A stretch of 63,996 bases of DNA, filler included, from Parasitella parasitica NRRL 2501 (lineage: Eukaryota > Fungi > Mucoromycota), in the NCBI GenBank assembly GCA_025201805.1. It is 13 parts of 12 records of this genome, joined end to end, with 100 filler letters (N's around TTAATTAATTAA, not from the genome) between each part and the next. Parts side by side here need not be neighbours in the genome. Positions count along the whole stretch, not along the records: positions 22,561 to 25,896 come from MU619540.1; positions 25,997 to 42,910 come from MU619357.1; 11 more parts are not named here. One strand, given 5' to 3'. The translations under genes were made by a program, and so were the position numbers. Under the pieces are notes generated by a model. It was not told the DNA's origin. It did not search any database and was given only the letters and a program-made list of their open reading frames with translations. Below are positions 22,732 to 36,479 of the stretch, piece after piece (the stretch's first letter is position 1; the number at the start of each line of letters is the position of its first letter).

Positions 22732-25706
22732 TTTTGTAGATTGGGCAGTGCTTGACGCTGGTGATGTTGATCATGTTTAAATTGGGTGACGAGGTGATAT
22801 ATTTTCTTACGGTCAGGTGGATTGAGATTAATGTTCATTATAGACGTAGTAGCAAGTAGTGATGTCCATAATGTGTTCTTTTTTGTGCTGGTCTTCCAGT
22901 ATTTGAGCATTGTTCCTTTACCTAAGAGGCTATACAGAATATTGGCTGTGAGTAATCCGGGTGGTAATGAGTGAATCTTAACTAAAAATTTAAATTGTAA
23001 AAGTTGATATCTTGTAGTCATTGTTGGTAGATTGGTGATGTGCTCGATGATTGTAGTTGGTGGCTTGGAAGAGTCTTTAAAATTGAGAGCTTTTTTGATG
23101 CAAAGATTTTGTGATTGTTGTAATTTTTTCCTTTGCTGATAGTTGAGGTCAAGAAGACATAATCCAAATTCCAATATAGGTCGAATAAATTGCTTGTAGG
23201 CTGAGATGGCAATGGCGAGGCCAAGACTGTACATGTGGACACCAAAGTAGCGAAGATGTTGCATTTGGAGCGTAGCTGCGTTGATATTCTGCTGTAAAAG
23301 AGAATTTTGTTGAATGCCATATTCATTAAAAGGTATACCTAAGTATTTAAAAGTTGAAGCTGTTGTTAATGGTTGGCCGTACAGGGTGTATTCAAAAGAA
23401 GAGGAGGAATTAATGACGACAGACTTAGAAGGGTGCCATTTGTAGTCGTGTTCAACAGAGTGTTGTTCAGCCTGTCGAAGCATAGTAATTACATCGTTCG
23501 CTGAGCCAATAAGTACAACATCATCGGCATACAGGAGAGAATTGATAATGGTGATGTTGGTGTCCAATCTACGGTCGCGTCGTGATCGTCGTTGAATTGA
23601 TAGTATACCTTCTTCAGTGTGTGGTGGTCGTCCTGTCGGTAAGGATCGAATTAACAATGGTTGTGTGCAGCCTATTCTAATGTAGTTAGGTAGTGAGTTG
23701 ATAAATACGGCATATAGCATTGGTGACAAAATGGAGCCCTGTAAAACACCCTTCCGTGGATAGATAAAAGCTGATTCATAGTTATTGGAAATGACTGAGA
23801 GTCGAATGTCGTCAAACATGTGCTTTATCAAAAGGTATAGTCGTTTTGGTAGTTGTCCACGTAAAATAGTCCAAATAACGTCTCTGCTAACAGAGTCGTA
23901 GGCCGCTTTGATGTCCAGGAAGGCCAATGTTGGTGATTGAGAATATTGTTGTCGGTATTGTTGGATCAAAGTGTGCAAGTTGAAGGTTTGGTCTAGAACA
24001 CCACGCTGTTGCCGAAATCCACCTTGAACACTGTCGAGTGCATGCATAGTATCTAAAAGCTCTGATAACAATAAACGTTCTAGCAATTTGCGAAATGTCG
24101 ATGTTAGTGATATCGGTCTATAATTAGCAGCGTTGTTAGGGCTATCCTTTTTGTATATGGGTACCACTTGGGCCGTTCGCCAATCCAGTGGGATCCAACT
24201 ATAGCGATAGCAAAGATTGAGAAAAGGCTCAAGAAGCTTTGACAGTGGAAGAGCGATAGGCCGAAGCATCTCAGCTGTGATATGGTCCGATCCTGGAGCC
24301 TTACGTGATGGTAGTGATTTATTGATGGCATCCAGGATGGTTGTAAAGTTGAAATGATCAGCCTCTGTTGTGGGTGGCTCAAGATAAGGAAATCCACTTG
24401 TTGGTAAGCGTAAGCTTCGATGTGATCCACTAAAGACAGTTTCAAGGTGAGCTTTCAAATCATCGACAGCTTGTTGTGGGCCAGCTGGTGAGGTATATGC
24501 TGTCTTGTTGGAGGTGGATTTGAAGCGTCGTTTGATGTAGCGATTGATGTTGTTGCTGTTAGTTGTTTTTAGTTCATCACAAAATTGTCTCCACAACATG
24601 GAGCGGTGTTGGGTCAATTTTGCTTTGAATTGCTGGTTGGCTGTAACATATTGTGTCCATAGTGCTGCTGTACGAAGATCATTGCGAAAAGGCAAAGACT
24701 TACGCCACTGAAGGTGCTTCTTCTTTTTGTGTGCTGCTAATATTTCCAATTCCTGAGACCAAAACCACTGCCAATGTTTGGGCCGTAATGTCGATTTGGT
24801 AACGCTGTGATCTAAGGAAGAGTAAATAGCATTGTTAATAGATTTACCAATATCCTCGATTTGTTGGTACGATTGCAGGGTGTCTATGCTGTTGATGGTT
24901 TCAGTGATACGCTGGCTTTCAGCAGTGAACAAATTGACATAGAGCGTATATACATCAGGCTCATTAAGGCGCTGGAGTTTCCATTGTAGACGGGCATGAT
25001 TTGGTGGCGGTAAGGCTGTAGGTGGTGTAGGTAAGGAGACGGAGGAGGTGACCAGTAAATGGTCAGATCCAAACGACTCCTCGTCGTGGATTTGAAAGTC
25101 GTGCACCGAGAGTTGAGTGGGCTGCGTCAGTATAAAATCAATGATGCTGGATCCATTGCTGCGTTGAAAAGTTGCTTGACCATAAGCTTCGGTTGTATTC
25201 CAAAGGTGAAAATGATTGTTGTGTTGCCAGGTAATAAATAGATCCTGACGCTCATTTGACCGAGCATCACCTGTGATGGATCCTAGACGTACATTGAAGT
25301 CGCCTAAAATGATGGTTTTGCTATCAATTGTTAGAGAATTCAAAATTGTCTCAACCTCAAGGAGTGATAATTGGGGAGGCAAATAGAGACAATGAATGGT
25401 GTAGCAGCTGATTTGTAATGAAAGAGTGAATGGGTTGTTGAATGAGAGTTGGTGTATGGCAAAGCTAGAAGAGAAGGAAGGGTGAATTAAGCATGAGATA
25501 CCTCCAAATCCTCGAGCTGCATTTGGTGGTTTTTGGGCATAGGTGTGGTGTTGTTTCCAATGAGTCTTAAAATTGTCGCATAGTAAATAAGTTTCGGTAA
25601 TAAACATAAGGTGTAATTTTTTAGTGTTTGCATATATCATAAGTTCATCAAGCGAGTTGTTGAGGCCTGATGCGTTTAATAAACCTAGTGAGAGTTTATT
25701 AATCAT
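22707..25706 (-). CDS. Non-LTR retrotransposon ORF2 (APE endonuclease + reverse transcriptase), C-terminally truncated
   Basis: APE motifs LNASG, ITET, ILGDFN, SIIDF and GSDH; RT motifs KAPGSD, NYRPISL, QGGFR, FLDIKAAYDSV, GVLQGSILSP, LLYADD and FKYLG. Confidence 0.95.
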   Translation of the reverse strand: MINKLSLGLLNASGLNNSLDELMIYANTKKLHLMFITETYLLCDNFKTHWKQHHTYAQKPPNAARGFGGISCLIHPSFSSSFAIHQLSFNNPFTLSLQISCYTIHCLYLPPQLSLLEVETILNSLTIDSKTIILGDFNVRLGSITGDARSNERQDLFITWQHNNHFHLWNTTEAYGQATFQRSNGSSIIDFILTQPTQLSVHDFQIHDEESFGSDHLLVTSSVSLPTPPTALPPPNHARLQWKLQRLNEPDVYTLYVNLFTAESQRITETINSIDTLQSYQQIEDIGKSINNAIYSSLDHSVTKSTLRPKHWQWFWSQELEILAAHKKKKHLQWRKSLPFRNDLRTAALWTQYVTANQQFKAKLTQHRSMLWRQFCDELKTTNSNNINRYIKRRFKSTSNKTAYTSPAGPQQAVDDLKAHLETVFSGSHRSLRLPTSGFPYLEPPTTEADHFNFTTILDAINKSLPSRKAPGSDHITAEMLRPIALPLSKLLEPFLNLCYRYSWIPLDWRTAQVVPIYKKDSPNNAANYRPISLTSTFRKLLERLLLSELLDTMHALDSVQGGFRQQRGVLDQTFNLHTLIQQYRQQYSQSPTLAFLDIKAAYDSVSRDVIWTILRGQLPKRLYLLIKHMFDDIRLSVISNNYESAFIYPRKGVLQGSILSPMLYAVFINSLPNYIRIGCTQPLLIRSLPTGRPPHTEEGILSIQRRSRRDRRLDTNITIINSLLYADDVVLIGSANDVITMLRQAEQHSVEHDYKWHPSKSVVINSSSSFEYTLYGQPLTTASTFKYLGIPFNEYGIQQNSLLQQNINAATLQMQHLRYFGVHMYSLGLAIAISAYKQFIRPILEFGLCLLDLNYQQRKKLQQSQNLCIKKALNFKDSSKPPTTIIEHITNLPTMTTRYQLLQFKFLVKIHSLPPGLLTANILYSLLGKGTMLKYWKTSTKKNTLWTSLLATTSIMNINLNPPDRKKIYHLVTQFKHDQHHQRQALPNLQNTMAKNID

Positions 25707-25711
25707 ATATA

Positions 25712-25896
25712 TTATTGTTCTTGGTCTCCCTCCGCATCAGACATGAAGTCCTCCTCACGAAGGTCTTCAAGTTCCAAATTGTTGGGTGTTGATGTTGCTG
25801 GTTGCTGAGAAGGTTGTGCTGAGGTGGTGGTGGTTTGTTGTTGTGAGTCAGCACGGGAGGCAAAGAATTTTTCCACAATGTGATCAGGCAAGGAGA
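25712..25896 (-). CDS. LINE ORF1 C-terminus (partial)
   Basis: Open frame ending ..FMSDAEGDQEQ-TAA, 5 nt upstream of the ORF2 ATG. Confidence 0.65.
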
Positions 25897-25996
25897 NNNN
25901 NNNNNNNNNNNNNNNNNNNNNNNNNNNNNNNNNNNNNNNNTTAATTAATTAANNNNNNNNNNNNNNNNNNNNNNNNNNNNNNNNNNNNNNNNNNNN

Positions 25997-26153
25997 GGGG
26001 TTCATTGGGGATACCTCCCTCTGACTATTATGTAAACTTCTCCATAATTATCAATGCCTGACTGCTTGATTTAACTAAATTTTTATTGTTGTGTAAATTA
26101 TATCTTCCCGCAGGGCGACGCCGTCATCGAGCGTAGCGAGATCAAACGGCTAG
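25997..26153 (+). mobile_element. Helitron 3' terminus
   Basis: GC-rich hairpin GCCGT-CATCGAGCGTAGCGAGATCAA-ACGGC running into CTAG|T (CTRR end followed by T). Confidence 0.6.
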
Positions 26154-26356
26154 TAAACAAATACAGGATACAAAAGTTAAGTTTGGCAGTTGTTTCATTC
26201 GAATCCCATAAAAGGGATATGACGCAGCTTTTTGATCTTCATCACTGACCATGCAGTCAAGGCCAAACCAAACGATCCACGTGAGTTAAAGCGAACATGC
26301 TTGGTCCAATTTTTCTTTTTCTTTTTCTCTAATTTATTTCCCCCTTTTCGCAGACA

Positions 26357-27436
<1,080 letters not shown>

Positions 27437-27440
<4 letters not shown>

Positions 27441-28712
27441 AGTCTCTTCAGTCTTGCCAATGTCTCCAGCGTAATTATTCTTATACCTTCGTAGGCAGTT
27501 GTTTGCTTGGCCACTTTGATGAAATCCTCGATTGGAACTATAGTTCCTGTGATCTATATATACATATTATTTTTTTGACAGTCAATATACATCTTATTTT
27601 ACACAACGAAACTGTCTTAAGGGCAGAGAGCCTACCTTGACATCGTGTATTTGGTTTCTGATAAGATCAATCTCCACATGCAACGCTGTGTTTCTTAAAA
27701 ATATATGAATCATCGAGTTGGATTCAAATTCAATCTTGTCAACACCAAACAGTTGATTGCACAATTTTGTGGTTTCGACGTACTGGTTATAGTTGACTTC
27801 CACTTGTTCATCTTTCATACGGCTCATAAGGATGGCTTTATCTGCCTCTGCCTTGGCCTTGTCTGCATCTGATTGCAATTGCCTTACTTCTTCCTCTAGG
27901 TCTTCGATATGCCATTTGTGATCTTCAATGCTATCTTTCTTTTCCATCATAACTTTATTTAGTTTTGTGATGTCCTCGGTTTGTCGTACCAGCAGCGATT
28001 TAGCTTCTTCAATTGTACGCTGGCTTTGCTTTGATACAATGTTGTCAATGCGCGCTATTTCTGCTTCAACTTGCGTTATTTGATCAAACGTGTCAGTCGC
28101 TTCCTCTACAATTGTTTGAGTTTTTGATCTTTCTAAATATGCTCATGTTAGAACTGGTAGTAGCGGTAGTAGTAAAGAAATTCTAATCTATAGCTTTACT
28201 TTGCTCAATTGACTGTGCCAGCATGGCGATTTGCTTTCCTAATTCATCCACCTGTTGCATGTAACGTTCTAATTCATTCTTGAATGTCATTTCTTCTGCT
28301 GCCGTTTTGTCTAACTCGGTAATTTCCAACGGTGGTTCTTGTAGAATGCATTGCAAAAACTTTTCTTTGGCAAGAAACTCTATGTAATTTCTCGAGAGAC
28401 GACTAAAATGTTCCTAAATTGAAATGATGGGTATTGGGTGTACAGTAAAGCATTCTTGGGGAATACCTTGATGTCATTTGACTCTGTTTCTAATGCCTTG
28501 GGGTGGAAAGGTAAATTATTTCGTGTATGGCCTGATAGCCCAACTTTTTTCTTGTAGTCTTCTTGGCAAACATACAAGTTGAGTTGAGCTTTATTGAAAC
28601 GGTCAATCTCCCTATATTTGACAAATGAGTAAAAAACTAATAAACATGTGCATCAAGTCTTGGCCTACAGTGATATCTCCTTCAGATTTAAAGGCTTTGT
28701 TGGCATTTGCAT
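27437..28712 (-). CDS. Putative kinetochore protein Sos7 (Kre28/Zwint-like), multi-exon
   Basis: EHFSRLSRNYIEFLAKEKFLQCILQEPP resembles the Sos7 motif as I recall it (ELFSKLRFSYLEQVTKEKF..I..DPP), followed by a long coiled coil; last exon 27553-27437 is in frame. Confidence 0.65.
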
Positions 28713-29269
28713 AGTATTCGTAAAATGGAACAAGGCGAAAAAAATTGAGGACTGAGAAATAATTGTCTTTAGATTGCTAATCTGAGGTTTTCGTTATACT
28801 TACAATGTCTGTCTACTACAGAAGAAAAACGTTGGAATACATACTGAAAATTACTTTTATCAAATCAAAGAATAAATAAACAACTTGTAAAGACACTCGT
28901 TTAGTAAGCATATCAAAAGGTAGAAGATACTACTCTCAAAATGCTTGATAGTACACTTGAGGCCCACAGCGACGTGTTTAAACCGCTGCCCTGAACCAAA
29001 TTGGACGCCTTTATATGTCTTTAAGAAGCCTTCCTTAGCATTAAATCAACCAAGTCAAGCTTGAAAAGTAAAAACATGGTTGACGATTAACATTCTAGTA
29101 GACACAAAAGGAAGCCACTATCAATCATCTGAGGAAACTAGTGACATATTTTGACTCGATGTATATAAAATTGTGGGATTGCTCAGAGTGTTTGTAAGTG
29201 GCCAAGTCTAGACGGGAATTTATTGCAAACCTTTACATAGATAGCACTTGCGGTGCCAAACATAACAGA

Positions 29270-29760
29270 AGCTAGTTGTATGCAATGTTGCAGATGCAAG
29301 ACACATTAAATAATTTTCCTTTTAATAATTTAGACAAGTTGAGACAAAAAGGAGCTCGATTTTCTGAAGATACATTGCGATCATTAATTGCTAATGCAGA
29401 AACATTTGACCTATAAAAACCCAAATTTATTGAAAAGAAAAAATTGACCGTAGTTTTCAAGAGGATGGGTTCTAAGCTTCATGACAAGAGAGGAGATAAA
29501 TATTCCTCGACGAATGTTAAAGCTGGATCCGTTGATGTAGATAGCTATGTTATTCAAAGCTGCTTGAAAAAAAATGAAAGGTGAAATAAAAAATTATGAA
29601 ATTAAAAGCATTTGCAACATGAGTGAAACGGGTCTTCTGTACAGAAATGAATCAACAAAAACCGCAGGCATAAGAAGGAACTTAGGACAAGTGGCTCAAA
29701 ACTTTACTGATAACACACGCAATCAACCAGACTATCGGTAACTTAAGGATAAATGAAGAA
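29270..29760 (+). pseudogene. Degenerate pogo/Tigger-like (DDE_1) transposase
   Basis: NMSETGLLY (cf. N.DETGL) at ~29616 and a GWV remnant at ~29463. Confidence 0.5.
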
Positions 29761-30279
29761 ACATCTATGAGGTTTGCATTAATCTTGGAATGTAAGCAGT
29801 CGGCAGTGAAGAGATCTAAATTAGTCTCATTCCTCCTGACGAGATGTTAACAAAAAGCTCATTTGATCAAAGACAAGTCTTGTTTGGATCATAATAATCT
29901 TTTCATTCATCATTCGTCGTTTATTATTCACACTTTGCGACCAGATGTCGACAGCAAGTGTATTTAATGAATATCCATTCCTCCAGCAACAGCAGCAGCA
30001 TCTGGAGCAGCATAAATAATCCGCACAGGTAATTATTTTGTTGCTCCTTTGAAGTTTTTTTATTGTCATCAATCGAGCTGCCAGACACTTATCGTTGGTA
30101 TCAAGATTTGGCACTACTGGATTAAAGCTACTGAAAGAATGAAATCCAATTCAGAGGTGCACGAGCACAGATAATTTCCTCTTGAGCAGCATTTTGGTCA
30201 TCATTATACCCAAGTATGATTTTCTGCTGCACAAAAATTTGGAGCACCTCCACATTGTCCTTTGTAAGATGAATTTGAG

Positions 30280-30950
30280 AAAATTGACAAATGTGATGTG
30301 GCTTCTCAAGATTTGTTGACTTTGTGTAAAGTTAAGCTGAAATTAAGAAGAATCCCTGGCCATGAAAACGCTATCGATATTGAAAGACATTCTCAAAAGG
30401 TACAACTATCTTTAATGTCGGCGTTTTTCTTGCATTTAAAACCTACCATCTCAATGACAGCAAACTGGGTATCAGGAATATAGTTGTGATGAATAGGCTC
30501 GGGTTTTTTGTTTTTTTTTTTTTTTTTGAAAGAACACTGATGGGAAATAGCTATGCAATTATATAATAATCTGATCTATTCTTCTTATGCTGCTGACCCC
30601 ATCTTCTTAGGGAATATATATACCATTATACGTTCCGCTTTACCCGCCTGAACTCAATCCTTTTCAGGTGTTTTGGAAAATGTTGAAGGATGGAATCAGA
30701 GGTGGTGATTAGACAGATGCAGAAACACTTTTTACAAGAGTAATTAAAGATAGCGAGGATATTCTCTGTTGAACACATACAAAATTTCGTCCAACATTCG
30801 ATCGACGTATTCTTTGAATTCTTAAATAAATACCATTGTAACTAACTTAATTTATAGTCAATTTATCTCAAAACTGGTGGCTTTATTCTCAAACACTTGG
30901 GCAAACTAGTTTCATTGTTTTGGGCAATTCAACCTCACACAAATATAAAT
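30280..30950 (+). pseudogene. Degenerate Tc1-like transposase C-terminus
   Basis: YIPLYVPLYPPELNPF.VFWKMLKDGIR at ~30617-30700 (cf. LPPYSPELNPIEQFW). Confidence 0.7.
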
Positions 30951-31058
30951 TATTCAAAAGCTGGGCGGTGTTTTCAAGCATCTGGTAAATTGCAAGTCGA
31001 AGAACGGTATCCTTTTCACTTTCTTTTTTCTTTTTTGCTCAACAAAAAAAAAAAAAAG

Positions 31059-32391
31059 ATGATCAACGTTAATAAAACTGCAATAAGGGTTATTGTGATT
31101 TCTGTTGTTTTATTAACCAGTTTGTATCTATTTACACAGTCATTTTACTATCAAAATCATTTTAGACACAATAATGATAGCAAGATCACAGCAAATCCAT
31201 CAAAGGCCAGAAACGAAGCACCACAACGATTGAGCTTTCCCGACGATTATTTTCATTACGGCTCTTTTTATCAGCATGAAAATCCAGAAACACTGATATT
31301 CCCTCACAATAGATTTAAAGCTGCTTTCATCACATTTGTCAAAAATGACAAAGCTTCTCTATCAAAACTTCGTTTTACTGTACGCAATATCGAGGATCAG
31401 TTTAATAGAAATCATCATTACCCATATATTATCTTCACTGATCAGGATTTGGATGATGAATTTAGAGAATTGGCTAGTTCTCTGGTTGGTGAAGCAACAA
31501 TGCGATTTGAAAAAGTGGGAAGCGATCTATATGGCTACGAACCAACTACTGATCTGAAAAGGGCCGAAGAAGCTCGAATTGCTTTAAACAATACAATGTT
31601 TGGGGATAGCGAAGACTATCGGTTTCAATCGAGATTTATGGCAGGCACCATTTACAGGTAAGAGTATTCTCCCCCTCTCCTTCTGACTGCTTCTCCCCCC
31701 TCCCTTTTTTATACTCCTTTTTTTTTGCTAACTTTCTGGGGATAGGCATCATCTAATGCAAGAATTAGACTATAGCTGGAGGTTTGAGGCTGGTACTGAG
31801 TATATCTGTCCCATGGAAGAAGATCCTTTTCAATTCATGTTTGAAAACAAAAAAACAACCTCATTTTCAATGGCACTGTATGAATACAGGGAGACTATCC
31901 CTACGCTATTTCAAACCGTATTGGATTACGCTTCCAAGCATTCTAATTGGATTCAGCACTCTGGCGACCCCAACACTCTCTGGCACTTTATTTTGGATGA
32001 AAACAATATATTTAATGGGTGTCACTTATGGAATAATTTTCAGGTACAGGAGATTGATTGTACCTGTATGTGTAACATTAAAACTTATTATTTGTGTGGG
32101 TAGATTGCAGATGTTAGCTTTTACAGAGGGGAGAAATATCAGTCATTCTTTAACTATTTGGATACATCGAATGGCATTTTTTACGAGAGGTGGGGCGATC
32201 CAGTTATTCAATCATTAGGTGCGACATTATTCCTGACTAAAGATGACATACATTTCTGGGACAATATTGGCTACCGTGTCGCTAACTACTTTACCCACTG
32301 TCCAAGTGAAAAGTCATTGTACTCAAAATGCACCTGTCGACCAGATGAAAACTTTGACTATAATGGCTACAGTTGTTTGAAATTTTATTAA
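31059..32391 (+). CDS. Alpha-1,2-mannosyltransferase, KRE2/KTR family (GT15), 3 exons
   Basis: N-terminal TM anchor; IEDQFNRNHHYPYIIF, YRFQSRFMAG, YSWRFE, GCHLWNNFQ and GIFYERWGD motifs; introns ~31658-31746 and 32044-32103. Confidence 0.92.
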
Positions 32392-32438
32392 ATAAACTTT
32401 AGACTTTTTTGTAATATTTATCCAATACAACTATATGC

Positions 32439-34185
32439 TTATTCTTCATTCTCTGCAAAATTGCTGCCTTCTTGCTCTTTTCTGCGCTTCTTATCCACTG
32501 CAACTAATTGAGCCCCAATCGCCTTTTCATGCTCACTCAATTCATTGATTCTATCTGTTTCTTGGATACAGGAGGTGCCAAATTCCCAATTCTCGCCTTG
32601 AGCGAAATGAGTGAATTTCAAATATCTATTTTCCCACTTGTTTTTGTCTCTCAAAATGCCACCATTCCACCACCAAGGTCTATTGTTTGTATCCAAATGT
32701 AGTTGATTGCCACAGACAATTCCTGCTGCGCCTGCATCTCCGAGTCCACCAATTACTGCACCATATGATCTCACAAATGCGTAAGGCGTCTGAATCATCT
32801 CAAAACCGATCCAAAACGTTTCCTTGTCTCCATGCGAGTGTCTATAGGAGACTCTATCTCTCTCTAGTTTGTCGTTCATCTTACATGTGGCTAACAAGCC
32901 AAACAATGCCTTCTTCTTGTCAATAACAACAATACCAGATTCTTGCTCATGAGTAGACGTAGTTTTCCACCATCTCGATTCTTTGATAAAAGTACTATGT
33001 GTAGGCAAAAATGATTTGATCCATTTCCGGCCTTCGTGGTAGTTGTTAAACAAGGTGCGATCCAAAAAGAACAGTGCGCCAGTTTTCTTGTAACCTTTAT
33101 CTTCAAAAAATGACTCAGGCTTCTTAAACATGAATACATCCGCATCCATCAGAATGACCTCTGAAAAGCTACTGGCCAAAATTGCGTACGGTTTTACAGC
33201 CCAACCTCCAAACTGAGTGTAGTAATTATTGATGCGCTTTGATATATCCTGCATTTTGACATTGGGAATTAAATTAAAAAAGTCTATTTTGTCCTGTGAC
33301 AGATCATTGCTGTTGATGTAAAAAATTTCGATGGGGATATCTGATTTCAAAATTTCTCTAATAGCATGCACGGAAGTGGCAGCATGCTTAAATTGACCAT
33401 TGCCTACGCACATGACAATGCCTTGAGTCTTCTGTGTTCTAAGATTGATTTCAAAGATGTTTTTCCAGTATGGTCGTATCCAAGGAAAGATAGTTTCTTC
33501 TAACTGATCATACATGTTCCATGCTTCTTTATAGTACGGATCTTGAGCGACATTCACTTTTCCTTCTGCCAAGATAGGGTCAAAGTACTGAAACAGGGAT
33601 TTCCAAACTCGCTCCTGGGTTGTTAGTGTCTTGAATTCTGGCATAATTTCAGGCACAGTCAATAGATCTGCTTTGATTTGTTGACCCAAAGGCGATTTCA
33701 ATAGTTGCATTGTGTCGTCTGTCGTTATAGTCGTCATTAAAAGCTGGTTACACATCATTTATGATTTTTTTTTACCTGCCCATGGCTCTACAGGTGTTGG
33801 AGCAGCGATATAATATTTGTCTAGCAAGTGTCGATAGGAATCTTCTAGAGTCAAATCTGTTTTGCGGTGAAATAAAAGTTAATTTAAAACACATAATTTA
33901 TAAACTTGTCGTGGGTCTTGACCTACCAGGCTCAATGACAGCTCTGCTATCTAATATTTTTTGGATACGCTGTTTTTCTTTTTCAATAGCTAATTCCAGT
34001 AGCATTTTCTTTTCTTGCTCCTTTTCTTCTTTCAGTAGGACTCGAGCTTCTTCATCTTCCTGTTCTTTGCGAAGTGTGTTTTGTTGCTCGAGGTCCAGTA
34101 AATAACTAAACAGGAAACAAAGACAAAAAATGACTAGAACAATAGATACAAGTCGAACTAGTCGACTGTTGATTTGTGGTTTCAT
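32439..34185 (-). CDS. Alpha-mannosyltransferase, MNN1/MNN2 family (GT71), multi-exon
   Basis: TM anchor in exon 1; QGIVMCVG, GWAVKPYAILASSFSEVILMDAD, TGALFFLDR, HEQESGIVVIDK and HGDKETFW motifs. Confidence 0.92.
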
Positions 34186-35629
34186 ATTTTAAAAACCTCG
34201 GCTTTATATTCAGGGGTCAATGGATAGATGTGATGGTGAAAGAAAAGAAAAGAAGAAAGGAAAAATAGGAATATCTCTTCATCATTGGGCTTAGGAGTTG
34301 GAAGTAACAACTCGATTATAATGTACAGCATGTGTGACAAACCAACATTAAGCGTCAATAAACACAATGCAGATCGCTCGATGTAGAGGAGAAGATTAAG
34401 TTAGCTTTGTGTAGAACTCCCCACACTATATAACCTAGACATACTAATAATAAGCACATAACACTTCAACTTTTTTTTTAATTATCGCTGACTAACGATA
34501 TCATAAAGACTTCACCGTCTTTATGTGGATTGCCTAATTTAGCTTGAACTTCACGAAGTAAAAGTACTTTGGTTGTATTCGATAAATAAACAAGCGGATG
34601 ACAGACAAATAAATAAACAAACGAACCACATTAAAGTCATAACCCTTCCATAGCGCGGTTGTCAGAGTAATAGTACAGAACGTGATTAAGCTACTTTACT
34701 GAGGTGCTACTCATTAAACTTACATAAATCGGTAATGCCATGATATTCTGGAAATACGCTATATCAGATGTATGCTATATGAATGTGTTTTTTACTCGAT
34801 GGTTATGCAATGGAAACTTGAATTTTAATTCTTCGAATTAAAAGGTGCTTTCACAATTTAATCATATGATGGATTTCTTGGTTCTCAGTTTAAGATTCAT
34901 AATAATTTTCTTATACTACCAGGATTTGGTAATGATCAAGTCCTATTTGTCTAAAAGTACCACTGATACAAAAATAAAACTATGAAAACATCTATATCAG
35001 AAAAACTTACAAGTAGAGACAACAAAAACGAGACCACCATGTCAATTGATTCATCAGAAATAAATTACTAGTTTAAAAGAGAAAAATTAATCAAGTAAAG
35101 GATTTCGTTTATTGATGAAATCAATTGAGAAAGAGAGTTTATATACTATTCGAACTGAGGCAATTGATGTAAGGATAAATTGTGGATTCATGATCTGATC
35201 TGAACCGATTAAATCTTAATTTGACATTTGACTTCCGCGATTAAGAAAAGATACATTGAAAATCGTTGAAACATCTCAAACAATAACAATAAATGCAGTG
35301 AGATCAAGTCAAGCTCGATGTAGTCTACGTTGTCTACTCAGATTTATACAAAAAGGATATAATTAGCAATAAAGGTATGGATTTAATGATAAACCAAATC
35401 TGCAAGTCAATTTAAATAATATATTAGCGATAATGTAATCAATAACACATATTTGGTCATAAACATCTGCGATTTATAAGAGTATAGACATTTAATATGA
35501 ATAAAATGTACCGTCTTCTTAATGAGCTGTAATTAGCTATCTATTTTGTTTGCTCTAGGGTATAATACGATATATACGATTATTCAAAAATGTGAATCAT
35601 TCTAATGCATGCTTGTGTGGGAAATGCTA

Positions 35630-36060
35630 TTACATAAAATCATCGTACTTAAAAGCGAAGCAGCAGATCATAAAGTAATTATTATCCATACGAAACTGAA
35701 CATAATAGAATATCGATATAGGTAAAATCTACCATATCACGCGAATCTCGTCACTATAATTGTTTGCCTCACATCGTTTCTCTCAGTTCGTAGAAAGTTT
35801 AGAAATCCTCTATTTTTGAGTACAATGAACCGATCTTTACCTGATTAATTTCTATTGAGTTTTTCTCTTATAAATCAAGCGTTTCCAGTATGCCGTATCG
35901 ATCTTTTTTAACCATTTGCAATAAATTTGTATGTGTTGGATTTGAGAATCTGAAGCATATTTAGATAATTAGCTTCTGCACCAATTTTCTATATTTGACA
36001 TGCTCTTTTAGCTTTTTTGAACTGTCGTATTTGCAAGCAGGTAACGGGTATTGTTAAATG
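35630..36060 (+). repeat. Old dispersed repeat
   Basis: Diverged inverted homology to ~57725-57990 and ~58450-58630. Confidence 0.5.
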
Positions 36061-36479
36061 ACCAAAAAAAAAAAAAAAACAGGGCGCAAATGATTTCGAT
36101 ATTTATAGCGGCATCGACTGCTTAACTTGAATTTTCATCTATCATTTTGATTTAATTGAGCTTTATCTGCATTTGTTGTTGTATTCGTAAGCAACAGTAA
36201 TATTGAAAGTTGCGTAAAAAGAGAACAAGAGAAGAGAAAGTGAAAAAATGTAAATAAAAAAATCAGTTTGCACCATGATGATAATCTGTGTCACTTACCG
36301 AAATCGTAGCCATGGAAACGAATGCCACACAGTGGTTGCAGTGCATACTCTGGCTCCACGGCAAGAAGAAAAATGAAATGCAAATATTTTAGCTAAAGAT
36401 TATATATCTCTATCGCTTAGTAGCTTTTAAAGTTATTAGAGACTGTAAATTAAGTCTTTAAGCAGATTTCGTGGTGTTT

